From positions 310,001-374,000 of the forward strand of contig JASTWF010000277.1 of the NCBI GenBank assembly GCA_030390025.1: DNA of 64,000 bases. Reading direction: 5' to 3'. The notes below the pieces were generated by a model. That model had not been told where the DNA came from. It saw only the letters and a list, made by a program, of their open reading frames with translations, and made no database searches. The translations under genes and the position numbers were made by a program. Shown piece by piece: positions 1 through 11,368 of this stretch (within the stretch, counting starts at the first letter, position 1; every line of letters starts with the position of its first letter). Source of the DNA: Squalus acanthias (lineage: Eukaryota).

Positions 1-119
1 AATGTTTGTTTTGTGGTGGCTCTCATTTCAGCTTTGTGACCAGGAGGACGCTGTGATGTTCTGTGACAGAGGGATGGTAAGATGGGGAACTGGTGAGCAA
101 CAGGCATGTGGAGTTTCAT

Positions 120-670
120 TCACTGGAACTGGAATCTGATGAGGCGCTCACGGACAGCCTGTCCAGAACAAGGATCTACTGCCTGCCTCCTCCCTTCTCC
201 ATCCTCCTCTTCTTCGTTCTCCTGCTCTTCCATTTCTACCTATTCCGCCTCCTGCTCTTCCTCCTCCTCCTCTTCCTCCACTTCCTCCTCCTCCTGAGGT
301 GGTCCCAGAACCCGTGGTGGCAATCACTTCGCCCTCAAGATGGCCAAGTTGTGGCGCATGCAGCAGATCACCACTAAATGGGCCTCCAGTGTTTACTGGA
401 GAGCTCCTCATGAGCGGTCAAGGCTGAGGGACCGTTGCTTTAACACCCCGATAGTCTGCGCGATGAGGTACCTCGTGGCAGCATGGCTCTCATTATATGA
501 GTGCTGGCCGCGAGTGGTGGGTTATTGGTGAGGTGTCATCAGCCAGGTGCATAGCGGAAAGCCCTCGTCTCCGAGCAGCCACCCTTTGGTTTGACATGGT
601 GGCTGGAAGATTGCTGGTAAACTAGACTGGTGCAGGATGAAGGCATCATGACTGCTGCCAGGATACCAGG
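120..670 (-). mobile_element. PIF/Harbinger DDE transposase remnant (C-terminal half, stop-interrupted)
   Basis: Minus-strand translation YPGSSHDAFIL...GWLLGDEGFPLCTWLMTP...YNESHAATR...IGVLKQR...LDRS*GALQ...CCMRHN, then an acidic (GAG)n tract and GQAVRERLIRFQF*; these are HARBI1/DDE_Tnp_4 motifs. Confidence 0.85.
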
Positions 671-674
671 CAAT

Positions 675-747
675 CACCCCAATGTGGGGCTCGACCGAAC
701 CTCCCTGTAAGTTAAGAGTCTCCGAGTGTACCGGGTAAACCAGCCAG
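675..747 (-). pseudogene. tRNA-Lys(CTT) pseudogene, heavily degenerate
   Basis: ccaatgtggggctcga...ttaagagtctc resembles the reverse complement of vertebrate tRNA-Lys-CTT; compare the copy at 19570. Confidence 0.6.
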
Positions 748-1400
748 AACTATTGCTGGCTTCCCCTTATCTGTTGTTACAGGGAGGGAGCTGTCGGCTC
801 AGCTTGTTCTACAAATAATGAAGCAGGTTCTCCAGAATTCCAAGGTGTAGAAATAAATCGGCCAACTTCAATAATCAATCATATAATTTAGATCTTCTGT
901 GGGAAGGGCCGAGGCTCCATCCCCGTCCTGAGGTATATTAATTTATCCAATCTGCTCTGTATTGAACTGTAATATCATGTTAGCTGCTCAATTCCTGATT
1001 TGATGTTGATAAATAAATTGACATATAAGTGGAAAAAGTATGTCTGTTTCATGCAGCCACAGACACTGTTTATTTCTCAGTCACTTTCCCCTGTGGTCGA
1101 TTAGTGGCCAATTATTGCCAGAAGCTCAAAACTAAATATTGCACTGAGAAAAAACAGAGGCAGCAAACAAGTGGATAAGCCCAGTGACTCAGGGAGTGTG
1201 TTCCGGATTGCGCTGCCTGAAAGGGCGGTGGAAGCAGATTCAATAGGAACTTTCAAAAGGGAATTGGATAAACTATTGAATGGGAAAAATTTGCAGGGCT
1301 GATATCTGAGACATACATACACAAAGAGAGCACACTCACATGTCTGTGTGTGTGTTTGAATCTTTGCCTCAAGCACTGCATAACTACTTCCTCTACCAGG

Positions 1401-1440
1401 TCCTTGATAGTAAAGTGATCAGTGTTCAATTTCCCGACGG
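1401..1440 (+). pseudogene. tRNA-Asp derivative lacking anticodon and variable arms
   Basis: The 5' part of tRNA-Asp (tccttgatagtaaagtgatcagt) is fused directly to the T-loop/acceptor part (ttcaatttcccgacgg). Confidence 0.65.
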
Positions 1441-1493
1441 CTTCTCTCTGTCTGTGTGTCTCTGTGTTTCTTTCTGTCTCTGAGGAAAAGCTA

Positions 1494-1522
1494 CGATCCG
1501 GATTCGATTCTCGGTAAGGAAA
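1494..1522 (+). pseudogene. tRNA-Glu 3' fragment
   Basis: cgatccggattcgattctcggtaaggaaa resembles CGGCCCGGGTTCGATTCCCGGTCAGGGAA. Confidence 0.45.
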
Positions 1523-2057
1523 CATTGGGTTTTGCGGCTGTTTGAACTGCCACCAATCAAAGCAGCCTGATCAACCTTTCAACTTGCTGCACCGCTGCTA
1601 CTGCCGCAACAGTCAGCAGCGCATCATTCGGTGCAGCAATCCAAAATACACTTCCTTGCCTTCTTTAAAATGACGGCCACCTTTGCCACCGAGGCGGAGA
1701 GACTCATCTTTCTGTTTATTTGTGTTCCTGGGTTTGTTGATGAACGTTGAACTGGCGGCCTGTTCCAGTTAATGGTCACAAGCGGGTAAGAGACAGACAG
1801 AGCGGCTCTGACCCCGCGAAATGGGCAAAAGGCTTCAGTTCAGGACAAATACATCAATGAAATTTTCACCCGGCACCGAGAGAGACAACATCCAGAGAAA
1901 AGCACAGAAGGAAATAGATACTAAAAAAAAGATATACATATACATCCTTGATGTCTCTCTATTCCATCGCCAACCCTTCAGTGCCGGATAAGTAATTCCA
2001 GTTTAAATCGTTCCGGTCGAGAATGGCAGCGGAAAGAAACTCAAATAAACTTTAAAT

Positions 2058-2126
2058 TAGTGAAACCCGGGACTGAACCAGGGACCTTTAAGATCTTCAG
2101 TCGCTCCCCAACTGCTTTATTTCCGC
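2058..2126 (-). pseudogene. tRNA-Phe(GAA) pseudogene
   Basis: gaaacccgggactgaaccagggacctttaagatcttcagtc...caact is the reverse complement of tRNA-Phe with indels. Confidence 0.8.
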
Positions 2127-2466
2127 TACAGAGCAAGCGCTACTGTTTTTGGAGGGAAAGGGAAGGGTTTGTGTCATGAATTTGCCGCGTTTGTATCAAG
2201 CATCTAATTCACCTGCAGGCTGGAGGAGCAGAGGAGGCTGGAGGGAAAGAAGTGATAGGAACAGAAGGTGAAGCCATTTGAAACTGGCAGAATCTTGTGT
2301 CTGACTTGTTTCAAATGATGTTTTAGACATGGAAACATGTCCATCAGCAGCTTGTGGTAATATTTCATCTCACTGTGCATTTCAAGTGGATGCCGACCCG
2401 CACTTGGTGCTGTGGTTGCGCGAACATGTCTTTTGTGTTCTCACCTAAAATGTCATTTTTTACAAA

Positions 2467-2527
2467 CAGTTGGATGAACGTTAGACTGAAGATCTAAAGG
2501 TCCCTGGTTCAATCCCGGGTTTCGGCA
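2467..2527 (+). pseudogene. tRNA-Phe(GAA) pseudogene, 5'-truncated
   Basis: cgttagactgaagatctaaaggtccctggttcaatcccgggtttcggca is near-identical to tRNA-Phe; the 5' acceptor strand is missing. Confidence 0.85.
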
Positions 2528-2827
2528 GTTTTCAATTCATTGGAGTTTTCTGCCGGTGCCCGTTCTCGAACTAAACGATTTTAACTGAAATTATTTATCC
2601 GACACTGAAGGTTTGGCGATGGAATAGAGAAACAACAATGATGGGAAATATGTATATCGTTTTATATTCATCGATTTGCTTCTGTCCTTTTCTCTGAATT
2701 TTCTCTCTCGCGCTGCCGGGTGAACATTTCATTTGATGCATTTGTGCTAAACTAAAGCCTTGTCCACTTCTTTCTTTGTGAAGCTTGTATTTTAAATGTT
2801 AGAAAAGACCGTGACATAATAAATTAT

Positions 2828-3547
2828 GGGCCCTATTTTCCGATCGGACGCTTCCCGCGTGCGGAGGCCTCCGATCTGGAGAAAATCTACTGACTTACCT
2901 GAGGGCTCCCGAGGCCCGGGCACTTCCGCTCCTGGGCCTCTCCACTCGAAATCTGCAGGACCCACGTATCCCAGAGGCGCATGCGGTTCGCAAGCGTTCC
3001 TGGGATCACGTAGGTCATGTGGAGCCAATCAAAGAAGAGAATCTCCCTTCATACACTTGACAGATAGACCTGTCAAATATATGAATGGAGATCACCCCAA
3101 AACACTTTAAAATATTAAATATATATATTTTTAACCTCATTTTTAAAATTAGTTGAAATTACAATAAATTAAATATTTTAAACAAAAATGTAATCTTTTG
3201 AAAAAAATAATTAAAGATTATTATGGGGCTAAAAATAAACTTACCTTTTTTGAAATATTTTTAAATGATAAATGAGTGAAAACAAATGTTTTTAACTTTT
3301 TTCAAATCTTACGCCTGCTTTTACCAGGTGTAAGATTTTTAAGGGCAGAGGTTCTCCAGAAAGCGAAACTATCCGCCCACAGAGGCCCTTCTCCAGGGAA
3401 GGCATCCGATCTGTCAAGAGCATTCTTGACAGAACGAAAATGCCAGTTTCAGCGTATGGGCTTCGCATGCCTGAAACCGGCATTTCCGATGTCCCCGCGG
3501 GTGTGTCCACAACGCGAACACACCCCTAGCAATCGGAATATCCGGCC
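2828..3547. mobile_element. Harbinger-type MITE (~720 bp)
   Basis: Terminal inverted repeats gggccctattttccgat / atcggaatatccggccc, GC-rich arms and an AT-rich centre; same architecture as 40494-41235. Confidence 0.7.
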
Positions 3548-3559
3548 CAATAAGTATGA

Positions 3560-3603
3560 TGGTTCCGTATGGGAATCGCACCCACAAGCTATGGTGTTAT
3601 CAC
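3560..3603 (-). pseudogene. tRNA-Ile 3' fragment
   Basis: tggttccgtatgggaatcgcaccc...ggtgttat resembles the Ile copy at 37166. Confidence 0.4.
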
Positions 3604-3806
3604 TCGGTGACCATGTTAGGATTTCCTTCAGACTGAAACAGAAAGTTGATTCATCAATTAGAACAATTGTTCATCATTTTACAGAGTTTAATGAGTTTTG
3701 CCAAATTATGATAATAAAGTGTATTAATACAAATGTTAATCCCGGACCTGCATTTGTAGACTGCGGTTCTCTTCTGTGATGTTCTTACAACCATTGCCGG
3801 GGCAGA

Positions 3807-3880
3807 GTTTCCGCAGTGTAGTGGTCATTATGTTTGTCTTCACACGCGAAAAGTCCACGGTTCGAAACCGAGCGGAAACA
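3807..3880 (+). pseudogene. tRNA-Val(CAC) pseudogene
   Basis: gtttccgcagtgtagtggtc...cacacgcgaaaagtccacggttcgaaaccgagcggaaaca followed by tttt; several stem mismatches. Confidence 0.85.
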
Positions 3881-3947
3881 TTTTGAAAACCTTCCCCATT
3901 AAAATTGAATAAATTTACAAAATTGAAGAATTCCTGTTGCGGTTAAA

Positions 3948-4170
3948 TACGCAGCGAGTGGTGATGACCTGGTACTCGGTGCCAAGGGAAGTGGTGGAAG
4001 CAGAGACGCTCAATGTTTTCAAGGGGAGACTGGACAGGCACTTGAGGGAAATAAACTTGCAGGGCTACTGGGACAGAGCGGGTGAATGGGACTGACTGGA
4101 TTGCTCTACAGAGAGTCGGCACGGACTCGATGAGCCGAATGGCCTCCTTCTTTGCAGTAATGACTCTATG
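3948..4170 (+). mobile_element. CR1 LINE 3' fragment
   Basis: ORF2 C-terminal remnant, CR1 3'UTR (gggccgaatggcct-like) and gactctatg tail. Confidence 0.8.
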
Positions 4171-4717
4171 AGTAAAATGACCTTTCTCACAGAATCCGTA
4201 TATTTTCTTTGTACAATTCTGCACAGACTCAAACTCAGCACAGATACCGAAGGTATCTCTCCCTCACTCCCGTTTCCTGCCCTGACGGTGCAGAAAGCTC
4301 CTCTCAAAGCTGCACATTCGACTGGTTTCAGTGGATCCGCGGGAGATCTTTAAAGGATCCTGCAGCGTCGCCTCGGATAATAACCCTAGATCGCCACCAT
4401 ATTTCACACACCGCAGCAACCCCGTCCATTTCAGTCTAAGTCCCCTTTTCAACGGTCTTAATAAGTCTTAATTACTGCCAAATAACCTCTCTGGCACCGA
4501 AAATTTACCTATATACATGTGGAGTCTCATTCATTCAGAATTCAATTGTATTAGATTTTTAAAATAATTAAAATATTTTTACTTTATTCTGTTTGTTTTT
4601 TCTCTCTCTTGATCCAATCTTTCTTTTCCTCTCTTTATTTCGCTTTCAATGCCTGATTTGGTATTGAATTCACTGTTCTAACTTACATTTCCAGCTTCAG
4701 ACTCTGTGCTGCTCATT

Positions 4718-7202
4718 AACTGTATCTGAATGCAAGAAACATTCGTAATAAGGTAAATGAATTAACAGCGCAAATATATGTAAACGGATACAATATAATT
4801 GCGATTACGGAGACATGGCTGCAAGGTGACCGAGGCTGGAAGCTGAATATCCAAGGATATTCGATATTTAGGAAGGACAGGCATAAAGGAAAAGGAGGTG
4901 GGGTGGCGTTGTTAGTAAAGGATGAAATCAGTGCAATACTGAGAAAGGATATTGGCTCAGAAAATCAAGATGCAGTATCAGTCTAGGTGGACCTAAGCAG
5001 CACCAAGGACAGAAAACATCGGTGGGAGTTGTCTATATGCCTCCAAACAGTAGTGGTAATGTTGGGGATGGCATCAAACAGGAAATTAGAGATGCATGTA
5101 ACAAGAGTACGACAGTAATCATGGGTGAGTTTAATCTGCTTATAGACTGGCCAAACCAAATTAGCAATAATACTGTGGAGGATGAGTTCCTGGAGTGTGT
5201 ACGAGATGTTTTTTTTGGACCCGTACGTTGAGGAGCCAAATAGGGAACAGGCTATCCTAGATTGGGTATTGTGGAATGCGAAGCAAATAATTAATAAACT
5301 TGTTGTGCAGGGTCCTTTAGGGAAGAGTGACCTTAACATGATAGAATTCTTCATTAAGATGGAAAGTGAAGAAGTCCAATCCGCAACTAGGATTCTTAAA
5401 CTAAACAAAGGAAACTACGAAGGTATGAAGAGTGAGTTTGCTATGATAGATTGGGGAGCTTCATTAAAATGCATGATGGTGGATAGGCAATGGCTAACAT
5501 TTAAGGAACGAATGCATGAATTGCAACCGTTATACATTCCTTTCTGGCGCAAAAAAACAAAAGGAAAAGCGGCCCAACCATGGCTAACAAAAGAAATTAA
5601 GGATAGTATTAGATCCAAAGAGGTGGCATATAAAGTTGCCTGAAAAAGTAGCAAGCCTGAGGATTTGGAGCAGTTTAGAGTTCAGCAAAAAAGGACCACG
5701 AGATTGATTAAGAAGGAACATAAAAGTGGACTGCAAAGGCTTCTACAAGCATCTAAAAAGAAAAAGATTAGTGAAGACAAATGTTGGTCCCTTACAGTCA
5801 GAAACGGGAGAATTTATAATGGGGAACAAGGAAATGGCTGAGCAATTAAACAAATACTTTGGTTCTGTCTTCAAGAAAGAGGACACACATAACTTTTCAG
5901 AAATGCTAGGGAACCAAAGGTCTAGTGAGAAGGAGGAATTAAAGGAAATTAGTATTAGAAAAAAATTAGTTTTGGAGAAATTAATGTAACTAAAGCCGAT
6001 AAATCGGCAGGGCCTGATAATCTGCATCCCAGAGTACTAAAAGAGGTAGTCATGGGAATAGTGGATGCCTTGGTTTTCATCTTCCAAAATTCTATAGATT
6101 ATGGAACAGATCCTGAAGATTGGAGGGTGGCAAATGTAACCTCACTATTTAAAAAAGGGGGGAGAAAGACAACAGGGAACTACAGACCGGTTAGCCTAAC
6201 ATTAGTAGTAGGGAACATGCTAGAGTCTATTATAAAGGATGTGATAACCGGACACTTAGAAAATATCAACGGGATTAGACAAAGTCAACATGGATTTATG
6301 AAAGGGAAATTGTTTTTGACAAACCTACTGGAATTTTTTGAGGATGTAACTGTTAGAATAGATAAGGAAGAACCAGTGGATATGTGTATTTGGATTTTCA
6401 GAAGGCCTTTAATAAAGTCCCACATAAGAGGTTAGTGTGTAAAATTAAAGCACATGGGATTGGGAGTAATATACTGGCATGGATTGAAAATTGGTTAACA
6501 GACAGGAAACAGAGAGTAGGAATAAATGGGTCTTTTTCGGGGTGGCAGGCGGTGACTAGTGGGGTACCACAGGGATCAGTGCTTGGGCCCCAGCTATTCA
6601 CAATATATATCAATGATTGGATAAGGGAACCAAATGTAATATTTCCAAGTTTGCAGATGACACGAAACTAGGTGGGATTGTGAGTTGTGAGGAGGATGCA
6701 AAGAGGCTTCATGGCGATTTAGTCAAGTTGAGTGAGTGGGCAAATACATGGCAGATGCAGTATATCGTGGATAACTGTGAAGTTATCCAGTTGAGTAGGA
6801 AAACCAGAAAGGCAGAGTATTATTTAAATGGTGATAGATTGGGAAATGTTGATGCACACAAGGACATGGGTGTCCTTGTACACCATTCACTGAAAGCAAA
6901 CATGCAGCAAGCAGTTAGGAAGGCAAATGATATGTTGGCCTTCATTGCAAATGATTTGAGTACAGGAGCAAGGATGTCTTACTACAGTTATACAGGGCCT
7001 TGGTGAGACCATACCTGGAGTACAGTGTGCAGTTTTGGTCACCTTACCTAAGAAACGACATACTTGCCATAGAGGTGCAGCGAAGGTTCACCAGAATATA
7101 TTTAAGAAGGAGATAAATTTCTAGACACAAAAGGTATCACGGGGTATGGTGAGAGAGCACGAATATGGTATTGAGATAGAGGATCAGCCATGATTATATT
7201 GA
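4718..7202 (+). mobile_element. CR1 LINE, degenerate near full-length ORF2 (APE + RT)
   Basis: Fragmented ORFs with YLNARNIRNK/AITETW (endonuclease), [22 protein letters not shown] and FADD motifs; multiple stops and frameshifts. Confidence 0.92.
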
Positions 7203-8210
7203 ACCCAGCTGTTTACATTATATATTAATGATTTGGACGAAGGGATTAAATGTAATATCTCCAAATTTGCGGATGACACTAAATTGGGAGGCAGTGTGAA
7301 CAATGAGGAGGATGCTAGGAGGCTACAGAGTGACTTGGACAGGTTGGGTGAATGGGCAAATGTATGGCAGATGAAGTACAATGTGGATAAATGTGAGGTT
7401 ATCCACTTTGGTGGTAAAAATAGAGAGGCGGACTATTACCTGAATGGTGGCAGATTAGGGAAAGGGGAGGTGCAACGAGACCTGGGCATCATGGTACATC
7501 AGTCATTGAAGGTGGGAATGCAAGTGCAGCAGGCAGTCAAGAAAGCAAACGGAATGATGGCCTTCATAGTAAGGGGATTTGAGTACAGGAGTAGGGAGGT
7601 GATGCTGCAGTTGTACAGGGCCTTGGTGAGGCCACACCTGGAGTATTGTGCGCAGTTTTGGTCTCCTAACTTAAGGAAGGACATTCTTGCTATTGAGGGA
7701 GTGCAGCGAAGGTTCACTAGATTGATTCCTGGGATGGCCGGACTGACATATCAAGAAAGATTGGGTCAACTGAACTTGTATCCTCTGGAGTTCAGAAGAA
7801 TGAGGGGGGATCTTATAGAGACATTTAAAATCCTGACTGGTTTAGACAAATTAGATGCGGGCAGAATGTTCCCAATGGTAGGGAAAACTAGAACCAGGGG
7901 TCACAGTCTAAGGATTAAGGGGAAGCCATTTAGAACTGAGCTGAGGAGGAACTTCTTCACCCAGAGAGTGGTGAATCTATGGAATTCTCTTCCACAGAAG
8001 GTTGTTGAGGCCAGTTCGCTAAATATATTCAAAAGGGAGTTAGATATAACACTCACAACTAGGGGGATCAAGGGGTATGGCGAGAAAGCAGGAATGGGGT
8101 ACTGAGGTAGCATGTTCAGCCATGAACGCATTGAATGGCGGTGCAGGCTCGAAGGACCGAATGGTCTACTCCTGTACCTATTTTCTATGTTTCTATGTTT
8201 CTATGTTTCT
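7203..8210 (+). mobile_element. Younger 5'-truncated CR1 nested in the 3'UTR of the preceding CR1
   Basis: Uninterrupted 290-aa ORF (7233-8105) from FADD to the C-terminus, with a (tttctatg)n tail; the host element's 3'UTR resumes at about 8211. Confidence 0.92.
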
Positions 8211-9134
8211 ATGAATGGTGGAGCAGGCTCGAAGGGCCGAATGGCCTACTCCTGCTCCTATTTTACCATGTTTTCTATGTTTCTATGTTTAACGATTAAT
8301 GACGTGCTATGGCGTCACAGTGGTTCTGTTACTCGACCAGTAATCCAGAGACCTGGACTAATGATCCGGGGCCGTGAGTTTAAATCCCACTGCGCCAGGT
8401 GGGTGAAATACGACACCAAGGTCGCGAACAGACTGGTTCAGCCTCAGACAGTGGCCAGGGATATTGATGGAGTCGGTGGCCAGGGAACGGAGTTTGTGGC
8501 GGGGACCAGCACTCAATGGCGATACATTGCTGCCCCCTCAAGGCTACTTGCAAAATTGCAAATAGTGGGCAAGGTTATCTCCATTATTCCACTTGGGCTC
8601 GGCCTTTCCTCATCCATAGCTACAGATTCAACACTTTCCCCTCTGCTAAGTGTCGATGCTGAGCTAATCACACAGCTGTCGTCAAGGCTATCGGTTCTGA
8701 AGTCGCTACTTCTGTTTCACACTGCACAGCACAGCTTGTATTACAGTCTTATCAGATAGAAAGTGTATAAGCATTGCAAGGCACTGATGCACAAAGCTGC
8801 AAAAGACAATGTAAAGTTTGCTCGAGGGCGAGAACACAATACATGTAATGCTGCATTTCAGGAAGCACTGCTTTGAGGTTCTTCATGTCTACCAGCTGAA
8901 TGCAGATGGAAATGAACATTTCATCAAACAGCATTCTGTTGAGCAGTCAAACGCTGCATTGAACAACAAACTTTCTCTTCCGCTGATTTGGAACAGGAAA
9001 ATTATGATTTGACAGGTAGACAAGGAGCTCAATCCGCATTGATTCAGGCAGCAAACTGCCCAGAGCAGCGATTGGCTCAGGTGCCTTTTACTTCTTTGTT
9101 CTAAATTTTCCAACAGCTGGGACAAGGAGAAATC

Positions 9135-9206
9135 AGGTTCCACCGAGATTTAAAATCAGATCACTGGATTCAAAGTCCAGAGTGATCACCATTACACCAT
9201 GGAACA
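9135..9206 (-). pseudogene. tRNA-Gln(TTG) pseudogene
   Basis: Reverse complement of GGTTCCATGGTGTAATGG...GGACTTTGAATCCAG; the B box is mutated. Confidence 0.85.
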
Positions 9207-9279
9207 CACACCCGCTGCTTGAGCCAACTCTGTTTTCTCAATCTCTGCTACCATTCACAGCCAGTGGAATCGTTTCTGC

Positions 9280-9470
9280 CAGTGCTGGAAATACTCAACA
9301 GGTCAGGCAGCATCTTTGGAGAGACCAACAGAGTTGTGACAAAGGGTCATTCACCTGAAACGTTAACTCGGTTTCTCTCTCCACAGATGCTGCCTGACCT
9401 GCTGAGATTTTCCAGTATTTTCTGGAGGGTTTTTAGATTTCCAGCATCCGCAGTATTTTGCATTTGGAAT
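9280..9470. mobile_element. Short palindromic element (Penelope-like/MITE-like) with degenerate hammerhead-like core
   Basis: Inverted arms tgctggaaatactca..caggtcaggcagcatct / agatgctgcctgacctg..ttccag around gtgacaaagggtcattcacctgaaacgttaac; absent from the paralogous Gln module at ~10690. Confidence 0.6.
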
Positions 9471-9728
9471 CTTTTCTGACTCCAGTTCAATGGCACTTGT
9501 TGTATGTTGCAAAGGGATGAATCGTTTCAACTGAAAAGTGAACTATCTCAGTCAAGAGCAAAATCTGTCATTGTGCCAGGAGCTGGTTTGAGAGCTCCAG
9601 TAACATGGATTGAAGCAGCAGTTCAGGCGACTGGGGGTTTGTGGAATGTTGTAGTCCAGAATCGATCTGTCCGCAGATTTTAACAAGTGTCTGCATTTAC
9701 ATGTAAAACACAGAGACTGACACAAATC

Positions 9729-9799
9729 AGGTCCTACTGAGATTTAAATCAGGTCGTTGGATTCAAAGTCCACAGTGTTCACCATTACACCATGGAACC
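9729..9799 (-). pseudogene. tRNA-Gln(TTG) pseudogene
   Basis: ggattcaaagtcc...accattacaccatggaacc. Confidence 0.8.
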
Positions 9800-9857
9800 G
9801 ACACTGACATCTTATTGAGAGCAAATATTTGAAAGAAACTTGCCTCTTTTGTCATAA

Positions 9858-10230
9858 ACAACAACTTGCATCTATATAGTGCCTTTACCGGCGTAGACCG
9901 TCCCAAGGCGCTTCGCAGAAGGGTTCTGAACCAAATTGTGACACCTAGCCGCGAAAGGAATTATTAGCACAGATGATCGAAAGTTGGTCACAGAGGTAGG
10001 TTTTAAGGAGCGCGTTAAAAGAGGAAAGAGAGATAGAGAGGCGGAGAGGTCAGGGAGGGAATTCCAGAGCTGAGGTCCTCGGCAGCTGAAGGCACGGCCA
10101 CCCATGGTGGAGCGATTAAAGTCAGGGCTGTTTAGAGCCCTGAATTGGAGGAGCGCAGATATCGCGGGGAGTTGTAGGGCTGGAGGAGTTTACAGAGATA
10201 GGAAGGGGCGTGGCCTTGGAGAGATTTGCA
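9858..10230 (-). mobile_element. L2-type LINE 3' fragment
   Basis: Minus-strand translation GGRAFSCRGPQLWNSLP and a (ttg)n-type tail. Confidence 0.7.
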
Positions 10231-10557
10231 CTAGTGCGAGAGCACAGTACATGCAATGTCTGCATTTCAAGAAGCAATGCTTTGAAACTCTACAAGTCTG
10301 ACTTCTGAATGCAGATTACAAAGAGAAGTTCAGCAAACACCATGATGTTGTGCAGACAGACGCTGCATTGGACAACAAACAACTTTCACTTCCGCTGATT
10401 TGGAACAGGGAAAGACAGGCTGAGCTTGTGATTGGACATTTAGACAAGGAGATCGATCCTCATTGATGAAGGCAGCAAACGGCCCAGAGCAGCGATCGGT
10501 TTCCAGGAGACTTTTCATTGTTTTTTCCAAATTTTCCAACAGCCGGGACAAGAATTC

Positions 10558-10622
10558 AGGTTCCACCGAGATTTAAACTCAGATCACTGGATTCAAAGTC
10601 CAGAGTGCTCACCATTACATCA
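10558..10622 (-). pseudogene. tRNA-Gln(TTG) pseudogene
   Basis: aggttccaccgagatttaaactcagatcactggattcaaagtccagagtgctcaccattac; the 5' acceptor strand is lost. Confidence 0.8.
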
Positions 10623-10935
10623 TTCCACGTGCGCTCCTCTGAGCCAACTCTGTTTTCTCCAGCTCTCCGACCATTCACAGTCACTGGAATCTTTCTTAAC
10701 TCCTGCTCAGTGAGACTTGTGGTCTGACACAAAGAGACGCATCGTTTCAACAATCTCCGCCAAGAACAGCATTCTGTCATTGTGGCAGGAGCTGGACTCA
10801 GAGCTCCAGTAACATGGATTGCAGCAGCAGCTCAGGATTGGAGGCTTGTGGAATGTTATCTACTAGAATCGATCTGTCTGCAGATTTTAAAAAGTGTCGC
10901 CATTTCCATGGGAATCATAGAGATTGACACAAAAC

Positions 10936-11005
10936 AAGTTCCACCGAGATTTGGACTCAGAGCGCTGGATTCAGGGTCCAGAGCGCTCACCATTACACCA
11001 CAAAC
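10936..11005 (-). pseudogene. tRNA-Gln(CTG)-like pseudogene
   Basis: gttccaccgagatttggactcagagcgctggattcagggtccagagcgctcaccattacacca. Confidence 0.75.
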
Positions 11006-11284
11006 AGGAAAGAACGTGTCAAAGGCGAGATTGAATTGTTGATTCTCTCTCTCTCTATCCACTGGCGCTCTTTTACTAACATTTCCCCAATCGAATATAT
11101 TGGAACATATTTCATTCCAAAGTGAGTAACCTCCTGAAAAGCTCCGTGATTTCCCTCGCCGAATCACATCACTCTCGTTGGGATCAATTTCGACGAGAAA
11201 CAGCTGTGACGTCCTGAGTGGGTGAAAGGCGCTGCAGAAAGACAAGTCTTTCTTGCAAAAGTTTCAACTGCAATTTCAAAACGC

Positions 11285-11368
11285 GGGCACCTCCGGGATT
11301 TGAATCCGGGAACTTCCGGCAAAATGTAACCAACAACCCCGAAGCGAGAATCACAACCCGAGACCAAC
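11285..11368 (-). pseudogene. tRNA-Pro(CGG) pseudogene with 16-nt insertion at position 37/38
   Basis: Minus strand reads gttggtctcgggttgtgattctcgc-tt-CGG-g[gttgttggttacattt]tgccggaagttcccggattcaaatcccggaggtgccc. Confidence 0.7.

Noticed and set aside
93-411. Leu-, Ser- or Gly-rich ORFs
   Set aside because: These are alternative frames of the (CCT)n acidic tail of the Harbinger relic.
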